A DNA stretch of 64,000 bases, taken from NCBI RefSeq assembly GCF_009914755.1, contig NC_060934.1; one strand, 5' to 3'. The DNA comes from the human T2T-CHM13v2.0 reference genome, Homo sapiens. The position numbers and the translations under genes were made by a program. Under the pieces are notes generated by a model, which ran no database searches, was not told the DNA's origin, and saw only the letters and a program-made list of their open reading frames with translations. Positions 52,090-64,000 of the stretch are shown in pieces (the stretch's first letter is position 1; every line of letters begins with the position of its first letter).

Positions 52090-55000
52090 GGTGGAGACTC
52101 TGATCAGGGGCTACCCCCTCACTATCCCCATGCCTCTGGGGATATCTGGCCTCTGGTTGGGCCCCGGGTGGTGGCAATTTTCCAGGAGGCAGGAGCCCAG
52201 CCTCTGAGAAGTGAAGGAGTGGAGAAGGACATCTCCTGGACCACAGAGGCCCCCAGGCACTGCACCATGTGTAGGGCTGGCTTCTGTCCTTCCAGAGTGG
52301 GAAGCCCCATTGTCTTTACCAAGATGAGGAGGCCGTGCCCAGTCGTCCTCCGAGCCAGGTACTTGTCTGCCTCCTGCAGGTGCCCAACAGGGGCTGTGTT
52401 GGAGTCGAAGCTGAAAGTCACCCTCTGGCCCCATCTGCTAATTATCTGCCTCCCCCAGGCTGGGCTTCTATAAGTCCTGGGAGTGGAGCACCAATCTCTT
52501 CCCAGCAGGGAGCACATCTGAACCAGCCTTCCAGCAGGCCTTCCCCATGCCTCCAAGGCACTCAGAACTCAGAAGCCGATTCCTTCAGGATCTGCCTCAA
52601 AAGCAGCCGAGGGGGGCTTCTCTCTCCCCACAGGAACCACTGAGGCTAACATCGTCATCCCACCTCTTGTCCTCAGGCCAACCAAAGTTGTTTCTTCCCT
52701 GGCTGCGATCAGGGTCTACAGCTGCCTCCTCAGTAGGAGTGGCTGTAAAAACAATTATTTCTTCTTTCATCTCAGTCAGAAAACTAAGCCGATAGTTGAA
52801 GAGGCAAGGAATCAAATATTAATAGAAATGGCTGTGTAATTCTTATTTGGAATATTAATTATGTGAAGGGAAAGACAGACGAGTTCTTTTCTGTGAAGTC
52901 CTAGTGAAGGAGCTCTCCCCAGTCTCATCAAAAAGCCTAATACAAATAAACAAGGTCCCAAGGCTGAACAGGACCTGCCCCAGGCAAAGTGCTGCAGTAG
53001 CAACACACCAAAAATAATCATGCCGTAAGTATCTCTGTGCAAACGCACTTATATTCATGCAGTTCTTTGGGCCCTGGTACCTATCTCTTAAAGGTTCGTG
53101 TAGGAAATATTAATGCCCCATTTTATAAGTGAAACAATAAGCTCAGAAAGGGGAAACCTCTTACCCAGGGACTCACAGCCGATAAGTCATAACTGTATCA
53201 GGAAGGATTGAAATCCGAGTCCAGCGCTCTCCCTGCTAAAGCCCCTTAACTTCGAAAATCTTAATCTCACAGCATCCCTGGGTCTACACCTTATTCGAAC
53301 CATTCTATAGAAAAGGAAACTTGTATTTGAGAGACAGCATTGCTTTTGACCCCTTCCCAAATCCCCCGTAGCATCCGTCCACCCACCCATTCCCCGCTGT
53401 AGCTTCCCAGCACCCTAGGAGCCTAACCCATGTTTCTCAGGATCAGAACCCATGGGGGTGGTGCATCCGTGTGTGTTTTGCAGTCCTCAGGCTTTCCAGC
53501 TCAGTATTTAAAAAATATCAACACACCAAAATCACAGAACACAAGGTTTCCGCACCTTGGCAAATTCCCTGCTGACTCAGCCAGGCTGGGAGGGAGCCAA
53601 GTGTGGTAACTTCTCCGGCCTTGTGTGAGAAATATTTATTGTTGAATAGTCCTCTGTTTAATAAAAGGCACTCAGGCCTCTCGGTGGGGCAGAGAGGCTC
53701 CAGCGAGCACGACTCTTATTTCCCAAGCCTGCCACTTTCCACTGGGATTATTCAGGGGTAGCTTCATCCTCACTTGTCCAGTAGAGCTTGTGTTTTCCCT
53801 CTGCAGAGCACAGGGTGTGGCCATGATTTACCTAAGTCAGAACAGGTTTTTCGGTTTCCATTTTCACCCTATTTTGGTTTTGCTTAGCGAACTAGGCAAA
53901 TGACTTAACTCCTCTGCACTTCTGTTTACCCATCTGTGAAATGGCTAGAATGTAATGTAGACGCTGCTTGATTTGTAAAGAGCTAGCCTCTGATTCACCT
54001 CCAGATAACCTGATTCTTCCCAGAAGTGAGAGGCGAGGGCTTGTGTTTGGGGCTGAGGGGGCTCCTTCCTGGAGGCTGAACGGGTGGGTCTGTGTTGACT
54101 TGAAAGGAGCGTTTGAAATAAATGCCAGAATGCAACAGAGAAAATGGCAAAGGACTTCAGGGCACAGGAAAACTACCTCCACTGTTCAATAATGCACGAA
54201 GCTTTTTATGATGCTTATGAGAACAGCTCCTGTCTGCAGAGGAGAGGCCGACAGAGCCAGTTTCAGAACAGAGTGTTCATAATATATTGGATTCCAAATC
54301 CCAACGACCAAAGACCAGGGGGGTTAATCATGTTTCAATTACCTCCACAATTGCAAAGCATGATATTTATGTGATGTGCCCTGGCCATCTCTGTGTTAAA
54401 AGCATCCTTCCACTGGCCATAACGAGCACCTTCATGTCTGCCCCCTCCGGCCCACCCCTGCCTGTCCTGGGATTACTTATGTTCAGACTGGGAATTGATC
54501 ACTGGCTTCCGAGCTTCTGTTGCCAGGATAACACACGGGGCTTTTTAATCTGTCAGGCTCCCCTTTGTTCTTTGGGGACTGGCTGCTGAGCAGTGCCCAG
54601 CAGGGGTCAGAGGCAGAAGGGTGGTGGGTGCTTTGCAGGGTGTGAGGGGAGGTGGCCAGGGCACCTGGTGTTCAGCAGGTTGATGACTCTGGCCCAGGTC
54701 TCTCTGAGCCCTCTAATGCTGTATCCTGCTGCCTGTTGGGGCAATCCATCAACAAGCCCATCATCTTTCCCCAAAGCTGCCCTAGTCTCCCTGATCGCAA
54801 GCTCAGTGAATGACAGTCGCCCAAGTGAGGAGTCTGGGAATTGCCCCGTCCCAAGCTGGATTCCACTGTTGATAGCTTAAGGCCCTTCCTCTTCCTCCCC
54901 TGCTGTGTTGCCATAGCCCCAGTTCAGGAGTCCATCCCCCATGTGTAGATCTCTGCAACAGCCTCCCAAAAGGTCTCTGTGTCCTATACGCTCCGCTGCC

Positions 55001-55460
55001 TTCATTTCATTGTAGCCAGAGCTCTCCAGCCCGGCCCAGCCCAGCCCGACCCACTGTCTCATCCTTGCCACCAAGCAGCGCCCCCCCGCCTTCCTTGCCA
55101 TCACCCTGAAGGCACCCGGAGGACTGATGGCTCCCAGATGCCCTTCTGCCTCTTGTCCCAGCTCCCCCAGCCTGGAAGCCCCCTGGCTCCACCCTCTGAG
55201 TGGTGCACATTTACTGCTGGTCGAGTATCCATGTGCTTCCCCGCATTTCCCAGCCCCTCTGCAATGATGCGGGGCCACGTGGCGAGTCCTGATCCAGGGA
55301 CGGAGAGCAGGATGGTCAGTGTCATTTCCAGCTGAGGCCCAGAGGAGCAGACGGAGATCCCCAAGTGCTGTCTCCCTCAGGATGAGACCAGGGACCTCCA
55401 AGGGCAAAGCAGCCACGGTCCCTGAGTCACAGCAAAGACACCTGGATGCCAAGTACGCAT

Positions 55461-55496
55461 ACGTGGACTGCTATGCCTACGTGGACTGCTATGCCT
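55461..55496. repeat. Perfect 18-bp tandem duplication ACGTGGACTGCTATGCCT x2
   Basis: Direct reading. Confidence 0.95.
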
Positions 55497-55603
55497 GGTG
55501 AAGCCCAGCTCAGTCACTCCTCTAGGAGCCCCCAGCTAAACTCAAGTCCAAGCAGTGCTTCCATAGTATCCTGTGATCTCCCTGAGGGAAGGAGCTTTGT
55601 GTC

Positions 55604-56022
55604 TGATAGAGTTTGGGTGTTTGTCCCCTACAAATCTCATGTTGAATTGTGATCCCCGATATTGGAAGTGGGGGCTGGTGGGAAGTGTTCAGGTCACGGG
55701 GGCAGATCCCTCATGAATGGCTTGGTGCCATCCACCAGAGTAACGAGCGAGTTTTCATGAGAGCTGGTTGTTAAAAAAAAAATAACCTGGCATCTCCTCC
55801 CCTCTCTCTTGCTCCCCTCTCACTCCGTGACATGCCAGCTCCCCTTCGCCTTCCTCCATGAGCAGAAGCTCTTTGAGGTCCTCACCAGGAGCAGATCCTG
55901 GACCCATGCTTCTCGTATAGCCTGCAGAATGATGCAGAACTATGAGCCAATCACACCACTTTTCTTTATAAATTACCCAGCCTCAGGTATTCCTTTATAG
56001 CAATGCAAAATGGACTAATACA
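55604..56022 (+). mobile_element. MST (MSTB-like) solo LTR
   Basis: TGATAGAGTTTGGGTGTTTGTCCCC...GGGGGCAGATCCCTCATGAATGGCTTGGTGCC...GCAATGCAAAATGGACTAATACA. Confidence 0.88.
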
Positions 56023-57249
56023 GTCATTGCCGCCATCACTGCCTATCATGTTCTGAGCTCTGTCTAAATGCTTTACACATCTCATCTAATCCCAATAGTC
56101 GCCCTCTGAGGTCTATACTATTCCCATTTTGCCAACCCAGAAACTGAGTTCTCGCAGGTTAAGTGGCTTGTTTAGCCACCCCGCTACTGAGGGACAGCCT
56201 GTCCAAGCCCACATGCTTTCCACATCAGTATGTACAGCCAGCACTTAGCACAGGGGTGCCCACGGTGGGTGCCTGGTGAAGTTTGTTGAATGAATACCTA
56301 AAAGATGCTCCACCTTCCGACCTTCCTTTTACGCAGTGGAGCCTGGGGCTGGGCGAGTGGGGGGGGGGTTTCCCAATGGGCACTGGGGACAAATGGCAAG
56401 TTGTGCCCAGGAAGGTACATCCAGGGCAGGTGACTCCAGACATTTTCCCTCAACTCAAGTTGCAGGTTACTTTTGTGATGGGGTCTTTGTTTCCTTTCTT
56501 TGTTCAAAAGGAAACCAAAGAAGGATGGGCTGGCCACAGCCCCCATCGCTTGCTTCCACCCTGACACTCATCTGAAGGCTGTGGTTTGGCCTCAGGACCT
56601 CTGGCAGCAGCGCCCATGTGACTGCCCCTGCCCCTCACCACCTCTGTTTGGGGGAGGGAGGACGAGATGTCTGAGCTGGGCCTGAGGCAGTGGGTGGGGC
56701 GCTGGGAGGCAGGATGAAGAGGGGAGCTTGCAGGGGCTCTGGCAGCCTCTGCTCTGGTGACACATCCAGCACAAAGAACCATTAGGCCAATTGTCTTCCT
56801 TCCTGGGCAAAAGAAAAGCACAGCCAAGGTGACAAGTGAGAAGGCTGTTTGAGAGTCCCCAGGGAGTTGGGGGTGGGTGGACGGTCAGCTCCGGGAGGTG
56901 GTTTGGGTGGAAGGAGGAGGGCTGCAAGGTGAGCAGACAGTTTGGAGTTTGTCCTTCCATGACTGGTGGCATGGTGTCAAGCTCTGGGCAGAAGAGAGGG
57001 ACTCTGCCTTCCATGGGCATGGGTTTGTCGGCATGGCTGTACCCAATTGACCAGTCACTGGGCCTCGGGAACCCACTGAAGGTAGTTGTTTGTCTTTTTC
57101 TGCTCTGCCTGGCCTGCCTGAAGGCCCACTGAGACAGCCTGTGGGGTTTGAATTCACTCTTCATGATCAGCTTCTCCTGGGGATTAGAAAATCCACAGCC
57201 TAAAGCCATCTCCTGCCCCACCCACCTCCACCATCTGCAGGAAGGAGAC

Positions 57250-57522
57250 AGTGGAAGAGAGAGAGAGCCCCTCTTTTCCCTTGGGATACTGTCATGTTTG
57301 TGTCTAGCTGTGATGCCCAGAGCAGCTGCACCTCACCTCCACCCTGAAGATGCAGCCAATGGGCAGAGCTCATGGGATCCAGGAGAAGTGAAGTCAGAGC
57401 TTTGACATCCTGTCTGGAGCATGACCTGCCAGGATTTCTGGGCTGTGAGATGACAAATGTCCTTAAGTCTTAGATTAGTTTGAGTTGAGACCTTCTATTG
57501 CTTATAACAACATCATCCTAAG
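57250..57522 (+). mobile_element. Degenerate MLT1K/L-like LTR
   Basis: ...GTGAGATGACAAATGTCCTT...TAGTTTGAGTTGAG...CTATTGCTTATAAC...CATCCTAA. Confidence 0.5.
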
Positions 57523-57580
57523 GATGTTTTTGGGAGTCTGGGTCTTATCCTGGGGCAATGGAGAATAGATAATGAATGCT

Positions 57581-57688
57581 GGTGGATGGATGGATGGATG
57601 GATGGATGGATCAATGGATGAATGGATCAATGGATGGGTGGGTGGATGGATGGATGGATGGATGGATGGATGGATGGATGGATGATGG
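57581..57688. repeat. (TGGA)n tetranucleotide microsatellite, interrupted
   Basis: Direct reading. Confidence 0.95.
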
Positions 57689-60657
57689 TCACTTCCTGGT
57701 CAAAAAATATGAGGCTGCTATAAAGGAAATGGATTGTCAGGAGGAGGCTTCGGGAGCCAGAAGCAGGAAGGATTGGAATCTAGTAGGAGTTAGGGGCCTA
57801 CCAGTCCATGCCAGCCCCACCTTTGCAAAGAACATTCACCAGAGATGGGAAGCCCCCCCATGGAGCAGTCAGCCCATCCAGCTGCTGAGATGGCGCCATG
57901 ACCTAGAGGGACATCAGGCATCCCGTGCAACACGGCTCCCACTGTTGTTGTCATGCCGACATGAGTAAAACTCTGCAGAGACGCAACATGCATTGTCTCT
58001 CCACCCACAGAGACAAGCGGAGTGTCCGTGTGTCTGACTGTGTCAGCACAGTCATTAAAAAGCATGTTTCATTGAAAACACAACCACATAATCACAGCCA
58101 TCACCTCCTATTCCCTTTAATAAATGAAGAAGTAAATCTCAGACCTAAAGCCCAAGAAATGTCAGTGTGGGGACTTGGGAGAAGAAAACAGATCACAAAA
58201 TTAGGGCATTTACTCTCCTGTATGATTGCTACTCCGATAAGCCACCCTGCCCGAGGCAGCCACCTTGTTTATCCTAAATGCTCATTAACTGTTGGGTCAT
58301 GGACAACAGATGCTCAGGGTGCTTACGGGACATTGGTGTGGAGCTCATCTGAAATCTCTTGGGAGACCCTGTTGGGGCAGGAACGGGGAATCACACTTGG
58401 TTGGGCTTATATCACAGCTCTGTCATTTCCCGCCTGGATGATCTTGAGGTGGTCTCTCCTCGGCAAGTGTAACATGGCGGTTTGAGGGGGTCTTTTTTGT
58501 AAGGGTTAGGTCCATGTCAGGGAGAGCGGAGGAGCTGGGTTCCCTGGAGGAATTGAAAGCAGGGAGTTCAGTTGGGAGGGAGGGAGGGTATAATGTGTAG
58601 GTGACAGAAGGGCTGGCTTTTTCATGTTTTCTCACCACAATTTTTAGCCTCCTAAAATTTTATTCTCTGCCATAGATTCAATATTACATTGTTGGGTTCT
58701 GCTTAAACAGGTTATTTATCAGTCATCTGCAAAATGAGACCCACCGAGGCCTATCTCAGTTGTGAAAGTCCAATGAAGCACTTTCTGTGTTGGCCGGAGC
58801 TGAGCCACACCCCTCCCTAATCCACCTTATCACAAACCAAAATTGTCAGTGCCCTGATGGATTCACAGGCTTCCTCCAATTTCACCAGCACCCTCAGGTT
58901 CAGCTGGCCAGGGACACCCTCACGGTTCACCTCTGACTTCACACTCTTTGAGCCCCGTATGTCCCCTGCCCTTATGTAAGGGTCAGGGAAGGAGTGGGGA
59001 GGTGAGGAGCTTCAGCAGAGGTGCTTATATGGTCATTTTTCCATCAGCTTTCAAAACTCCCATGGTGTCTCCAAGACAGCAGCCTATGTGGCCAGCATTA
59101 GGATGAACCCAAAGTATTGGGTATTCACCCTGTGGAGTTTCCACAAGAGGATGGAAAAAGACAGAAAGTACATAAATGATGTCGGTTCCAATGAATCCAC
59201 ATATCTGAGAAGCTGGTGCAAAAGATGCCTCTGTTCTAGATCATTCTCTGCATCTCCTCTCTGACCTGATTGACCTAGAGTCCCCCTTACCCTGTTGTAT
59301 ATGTGGGGGTCTGAGATCGACTGCCCCTAATAGCAGAGGAAAAACCTTCCCAGGCCATTGATGGACATTATTCAAGAGTCCATCTCATAATTCCTGCAGG
59401 CTTGAGAGCAGAACATTGGTGTGAGCTCAGGAAAAGTCAGGGGATAAGAGATAGAGGGAGTAGAATTCAACAATAAACTTTCTACACGGCCTCCTCTCAG
59501 CCCCATCCAGGGGGGAGGGCTGGCAAGAGCTGGATAGGATGTCAGGCACCGTGCCAAGCAGGGAAACTGAGGCAGAGGCCAGCCCTGGGACTGGGCCTGC
59601 AGAGCAGAGGGAAGGGAAGACACCATCAAGTGCTCCAGAGGGTCTCCTGGGATGATGTCACGTTCACTGGCTCTGGAGGACTTCCAGGACATACTACCTA
59701 GTGGCAAGACTAGCATCTTATATCCTTAGGTTCCCATCATGGGCCCCAGCAACTCTGGTCGGGATGCTCAGGGGAAGGTGGCGACCAATGTTCCAAAGAA
59801 CTCAAACATCATTCACCTGCTTCCCACTGGGCAGGCTATTCTATGAATACTCCTAGCACTGGGAACATGACATGCGGAGGGAGGGCCCGAGAGAGCCGTA
59901 TAGATGACTGTGTCTTTTTAAAGACTGTGTCTAAAGAACTGTGTGGGCAGGGGCTTCTGAAGAAGATGGAAATGGAAATGTCCGTTTCTGGTTTTGAAAG
60001 TACCAGAAATGAATAGCCTCCTGAAGACGGAAGAAGGCTCTGCTGGCTAATATTGATTATCTTTGGGGCCAGAAGTTGTTTTGCAGTTGTTGCTGATTGA
60101 AAGGTTTTCTATTAATTCCTACTGGCAGGCAGAATAAGAAATATCGAACACCTAATTGCCTTTGAATTAACGACACCCCCACATGTAATATCTTAACCAA
60201 TGCACCACGCAATCGATGCTTTGCCGAACTAGGCAGGTTCGGAAGGCGATGGCAGTGCAGCCCCGGGCGGGGGCAGGGGAGCACTAAAGCACCGGGCAGT
60301 GGGCTCAATGCAGCGCCTCCTGCTCATTTTTGGCCATCAATAAAGTTGGTGGGCAGGAAGCCCCTCCCATCAGGGCCCTAGAAAACAGAGATGGGAGCAC
60401 TTTGCTGGAGCGAGCTGTGGGCAAAGAATGGAGCACTGAACTAGGAGTCAGAGATGTGCATCCGAGGCTGCCTCCACCCTCATCCTACCCTCATCCTACC
60501 CCATGTGACCCCCTATGTCTCTGTCCCCTTGGCTGCAAAGTGAGACTCACTGAGAACCACCTCATTTGTGAAAATCCAGTGAAATAACTCATTGCTGTAC
60601 ATGAAAGCATTCTGTAATCTATGAATGCATCTACTCATTCATTTAAAAATGTTTATT

Positions 60658-60940
60658 GTCAGGGTGCAGTGGCTCACGCCCGTAATCCCAGCACTTTGGG
60701 AGGCCGAGGCAAGTGAATCACCTGAGGTTAGGAGTTCAAGACCAGCCTGGCCAACATGGTGAAACCCCACCTCTATTAATAATACAAAAATTAGCCAAGT
60801 GTGGTGGTGCATGCCTGTAATCCCAGCTACTCAGGAGGCTGAGGGAGGAGAATTGCTTGAACCCGCAAGTCGGAGGTTGCAGTGAGCCGAGATTGCACCA
60901 TTGCACTCTAGCCTGGGCGACAAGAGCAAAACTTCGTCTC
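60658..60940 (+). mobile_element. AluSq-like element with a (TC)n then GA-rich tail instead of poly(A)
   Basis: CCATTGCACT and GACAAGAGC diagnostics. Followed by (TC)n at 60937-60957 and (GGAA/GGGA)n to ~61078. Confidence 0.93.
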
Positions 60941-61176
60941 TCTCTCTCTCTCTCTCTATAGAGAGAGACAGAAAAGATAGGCAGGAAGCCAGGAAAGAAG
61001 GCAAGCAGGAAGAGAGGAAAGAAAGAAGGAAGGAAGGGAGGAAGGGAGGGAGGGAGGGAGAGACGGAAGGAAGGAGATAACTCTGTGATGATGCTGGAAT
61101 GTACATGTCTCAGTGAGCAGTGACAGATGAATAGCCCTTTCTAAAGACCCCTTAAAGACACAAAATGGTAGGTAGC

Positions 61177-61242
61177 AGAGAGAGAGAGAGAGAGACGGAG
61201 TTTTGCTCTTGTCACGCAGGCTAGAGTGCAATGGTGCAATCT
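61177..61242 (-). repeat. Inverted copy of the 3' end (60890-60955) of the adjacent Alu, including its (TC)n tail
   Basis: 44/47 identity outside the dinucleotide run. Shares the non-consensus CTCTAGCC variant and the unusual tail. Confidence 0.9.
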
Positions 61243-61316
61243 AATATATATATATTATTTATATATATTATTTATGTATATTATTTAATGTATATTAAAT
61301 CTAAATATATATATTT
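61243..61316. repeat. AT-rich low-complexity tract
   Basis: (TA)/TTA-rich run. Confidence 0.9.
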
Positions 61317-61900
61317 AGCCCTAGTACATCAGCACTGTTCTGGGTATTAAGCTTACAGTCATGAGTAAACCAGACTGAATCCTTGCCCTTAGAGAGATTG
61401 GCTTCTAGTAGGGAGGCAGGTGATGAGACGAATAAGTAAAATGTGTAGCACTTCAGTGGCAAAAAAATATAAAGAGAAAACATACATCAGGGAAGGAGAA
61501 ATAAAAGGATAAGAGGACAGAAATTGGAGACGGTGAGTAGAGACCAGGTTCTCCAAGAGTTTAGCTGTGAAGGGAAGGAACTGAGTGGGTTAGAGTTGGA
61601 AGGCAGGTGGGGTCATGGGAGGGGTTTACGTTTACAAGGAGAAAGTATGGCATGTTCGGGTTTTGATGGGAATGAACCCATGAAGAAAGAAACCTCCTTG
61701 AAGGAGGAGGAGGGGGAAATTTCTAGAACAGTGTCCTTTAGAGCAGGAAAGAGAAGATGGGATCTGGCACCAGGGATTGACCTTAGCTGGACACAGAGAT
61801 GGTTTGTCCACAGTAATAGGAGAGAAGATCATGAGGGCCAACAGGCTGGTGGGTGGGGCGCTTACGGACATTCTTGGGTTGCTTTAATTTTCTCGTTAAA
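61317..61900 (-). mobile_element. L2 fragment(s)
   Basis: CAGCACTGTTCTGGGTATT...CCTTGCCCTTAGAGAG...TTCTAGTAGGGAGGCAG. The matching L2 tail CTCATTCATTTAAAAATGTTTATTG lies left of the Alu at ~60634-60657. Confidence 0.7.
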
Positions 61901-63008
61901 GTAGGTACAAGGCCTTCAGTGTTGAGCGGAGATGGGGCAGAGGCCCTGGGGCTTGCATGGACAGGAGAGTGAACATATGGCCAGCTGTGTGTGGTCCTGG
62001 TCCAGCACCCCAAGGCAGACCAGGCACTGTGGCTGTGTCTTCCTTCAGCCACATTTGGTTTCCAGAGTGCAGGCCAGGGTAGGTAGCCGAAAGGTAGATT
62101 CAAGAGGGGTGTAGTTGACCCAGAAAGCACAAAAAAGCAAAAGGGGCTGGGGCGTGGAAGAGGATGTGAGGCAGTGGTCATAATGACAGCCCAGGGAATT
62201 CAAGCTGGGTGAGGATGGGGTGGGGAACAGTGAGAAGGACCAAGGGACAGAACCTCCTGATGGGTCAGTGGATCGTTGGATGGGAATAAACCTAGGCAGG
62301 GGGTGGTTGTTCAAATACCAGTTGTGGCTCTGGTTTGGGCAAATCTTCACTCAAGTATTTGCTGGGCTTTCCTATGAGGCCAACATTCCCCTAAGCACAA
62401 TCAGGTGAGGAGATCATGGTTGGGTGGATGGGTAGATGGATGGCAACCCCCTCCAGGCTCCTATGGTCCCTTTAGAAGAAGACACTTTGGGGTACTTTTC
62501 AAATCACTCACCTTCCTGGAGCTTCTGACAAATAGTGCTGCAGGGACTACTCACATGTTTACACACAGCAGGCCCTGTTCTAAGCCCTGTGCATAGATTG
62601 TCCTTCTTAATTCTAACAAGATAATAAGGGAGAATTAATACCATTCTCCAGTCACATGGGCATGGCTGGGGAGGTTAAGTAATTTGCTCCCAGCCACAGA
62701 GGTGGCCTCAGAGCTGGACATGTGCCCAGGCAGTCTGACTCCAGGCTCTTAACCACTCCCCAGTACCCCTTCCACACGTGGAACCCCCACCCTGCTTGGA
62801 GGTAGTGATCCTACCTCGTTTACAAACTATTCATCGAGTCTATCCAATAAACCCATTTACTGGTAGAAAAACTGAGGCACAAAGAGGAGGAAGCCTTCCC
62901 AAAGGATGGTTTTTTGCAGTGCATTGAGGCAAAACCCTGCGTGACTTAGAGTCCCAAATCTGGGTTCAAATCCTAGCTTCACCTTTATTGGCTGAGAGAT
63001 CTCCCCAG

Positions 63009-63461
63009 TGTATGGTAAATGCACCTGACAGCAATAACTTGTGCATCCCCTGAGAATGACCCTGTATGGAAGACGCACCTGAATGCAGTTCAGAGTTTGA
63101 GCTAAGGAATCGGGAATGCCCAACCCAGAGGCTCATTCCTCATCTATGAGGAACATCTGAGTCTCCGGCCTGTCCCGTGGAGTATTGGCCATACACGGAA
63201 TTGAGGCCCTTTGTTTTGGGTCACATGAAGGTTGCCAGGTGGAGGTCGTTAGAGGGAGGGTGCTAAGTGAAAATGCTACATAAAGTGCATGTTTTTTGCA
63301 AGCGGTTGTGGCTCTCCTGTCCAGCCCACTGGCCCTGGACTCTCTCCTCTGTATGTAGCCCCAGTAAAACCCCATGTCTCATTCACTGGCTCTGGGTCTC
63401 TTCTTTGGCCTCTTAAACCTAATGCCATCCCCACTGGAGTCTATATGGATGTGGCATGACA
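63009..63461 (+). mobile_element. LTR47-type (ERVL) solo LTR inserted in a MIR
   Basis: TGTATGGTAAATGCACCTGACAGCAATAACTT...GAGAATGACCCTGTATGG...GGCATGACA. Near-TSD CCCAG/CCAAG. MIR sequence on both flanks. Confidence 0.8.
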
Positions 63462-64000
63462 CCAAGTGACTCCAGCTCTCAGCTGAACTTGGCAACTTAA
63501 CCAGGGAAGCCAGCCATCTGACCTCAGCCCATCCACTGCGCACATTGTGTGGTTTCTCTAAGGACGGAGCATCCTTGCTTCTCAAGAGGAGGTCAGAACC
63601 CCCTTCCCACCTCGCAATGGGGATGTGAAGGATGCCAGCACACATCTTTGTGTTGTCGGCTTGTAACATCTCAACCCTGTTGCAGGGGCGAGGGCATCTT
63701 CCCGCCAGCGTTATTTCTTTGCTCCCAACTCGTAAACCAGAACATAAACTCGCAAAGCTGCTCCCTTCTTTTCCTCCTTCCAGCAGGAAGCCTGCTAACA
63801 CTTATAATTTGATCACCATTAGCACACCACTGTAGAGCATTGGGGTGGAATTTTTGAAGTGACTGTTCTAATTGCCATGGCTCAGCCCCCTGAATACTAA
63901 AAAAACCCCAAAATACTAATAGTTATATGTTCCACTGAGAATATGAAAAAAGAAAAGGAAATGAAATTGTACTTTTACAAAACCACTCAATGTTATTCTA

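Noticed and set aside
58785-59700. Possible ancient ERV1-type LTR (LTR78-like)
   Set aside because: Only a vague resemblance. I cannot define termini or a TSD by eye, so it needs Dfam.
61082-61176. Possible C/D-box snoRNA (GTGATGA box C)
   Set aside because: There is no downstream CTGA box D or terminal stem at a suitable distance, and the site is not in a supported intron.

Overview
Primate genomic DNA, human or a very close ape, judged from AluJ/S/Y, THE1, MST, MLT, MIR, L2 and L1M repeats. I can support no protein-coding exon. The long ORFs in the track are artefacts of the CpG island, minisatellites and Alus. The main landmark is a CpG island (~38.9-41.0 kb) with three minus-strand splice donors (exon ends at 39508, 39894 and 40653). 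From memory, the 39508-39609 sequence and the ~1.2 kb spacing of two first exons match the non-coding 5' exons of CHST15 (chr10q26). This needs BLAT confirmation. On that reading, 1-39.5 kb is intron 1, the first coding exon lies left of the window, and 41-64 kb is upstream intergenic DNA. I found no convincing new biological system. The most unusual structures are: (i) a CpG-rich 30-bp minisatellite with 124-bp higher-order structure and a nearby inverted, direct-repeat-flanked 53-bp copy of itself; (ii) a second local inverted duplication, of an Alu 3' end with a (TC)n tail; (iii) a near-perfect p53-family response element; (iv) a divergent CTCF-like pair and an NF-kB motif cluster at the promoter; (v) an old local duplication that predates a THE1A insertion; (vi) a three-level nested LTR cluster.
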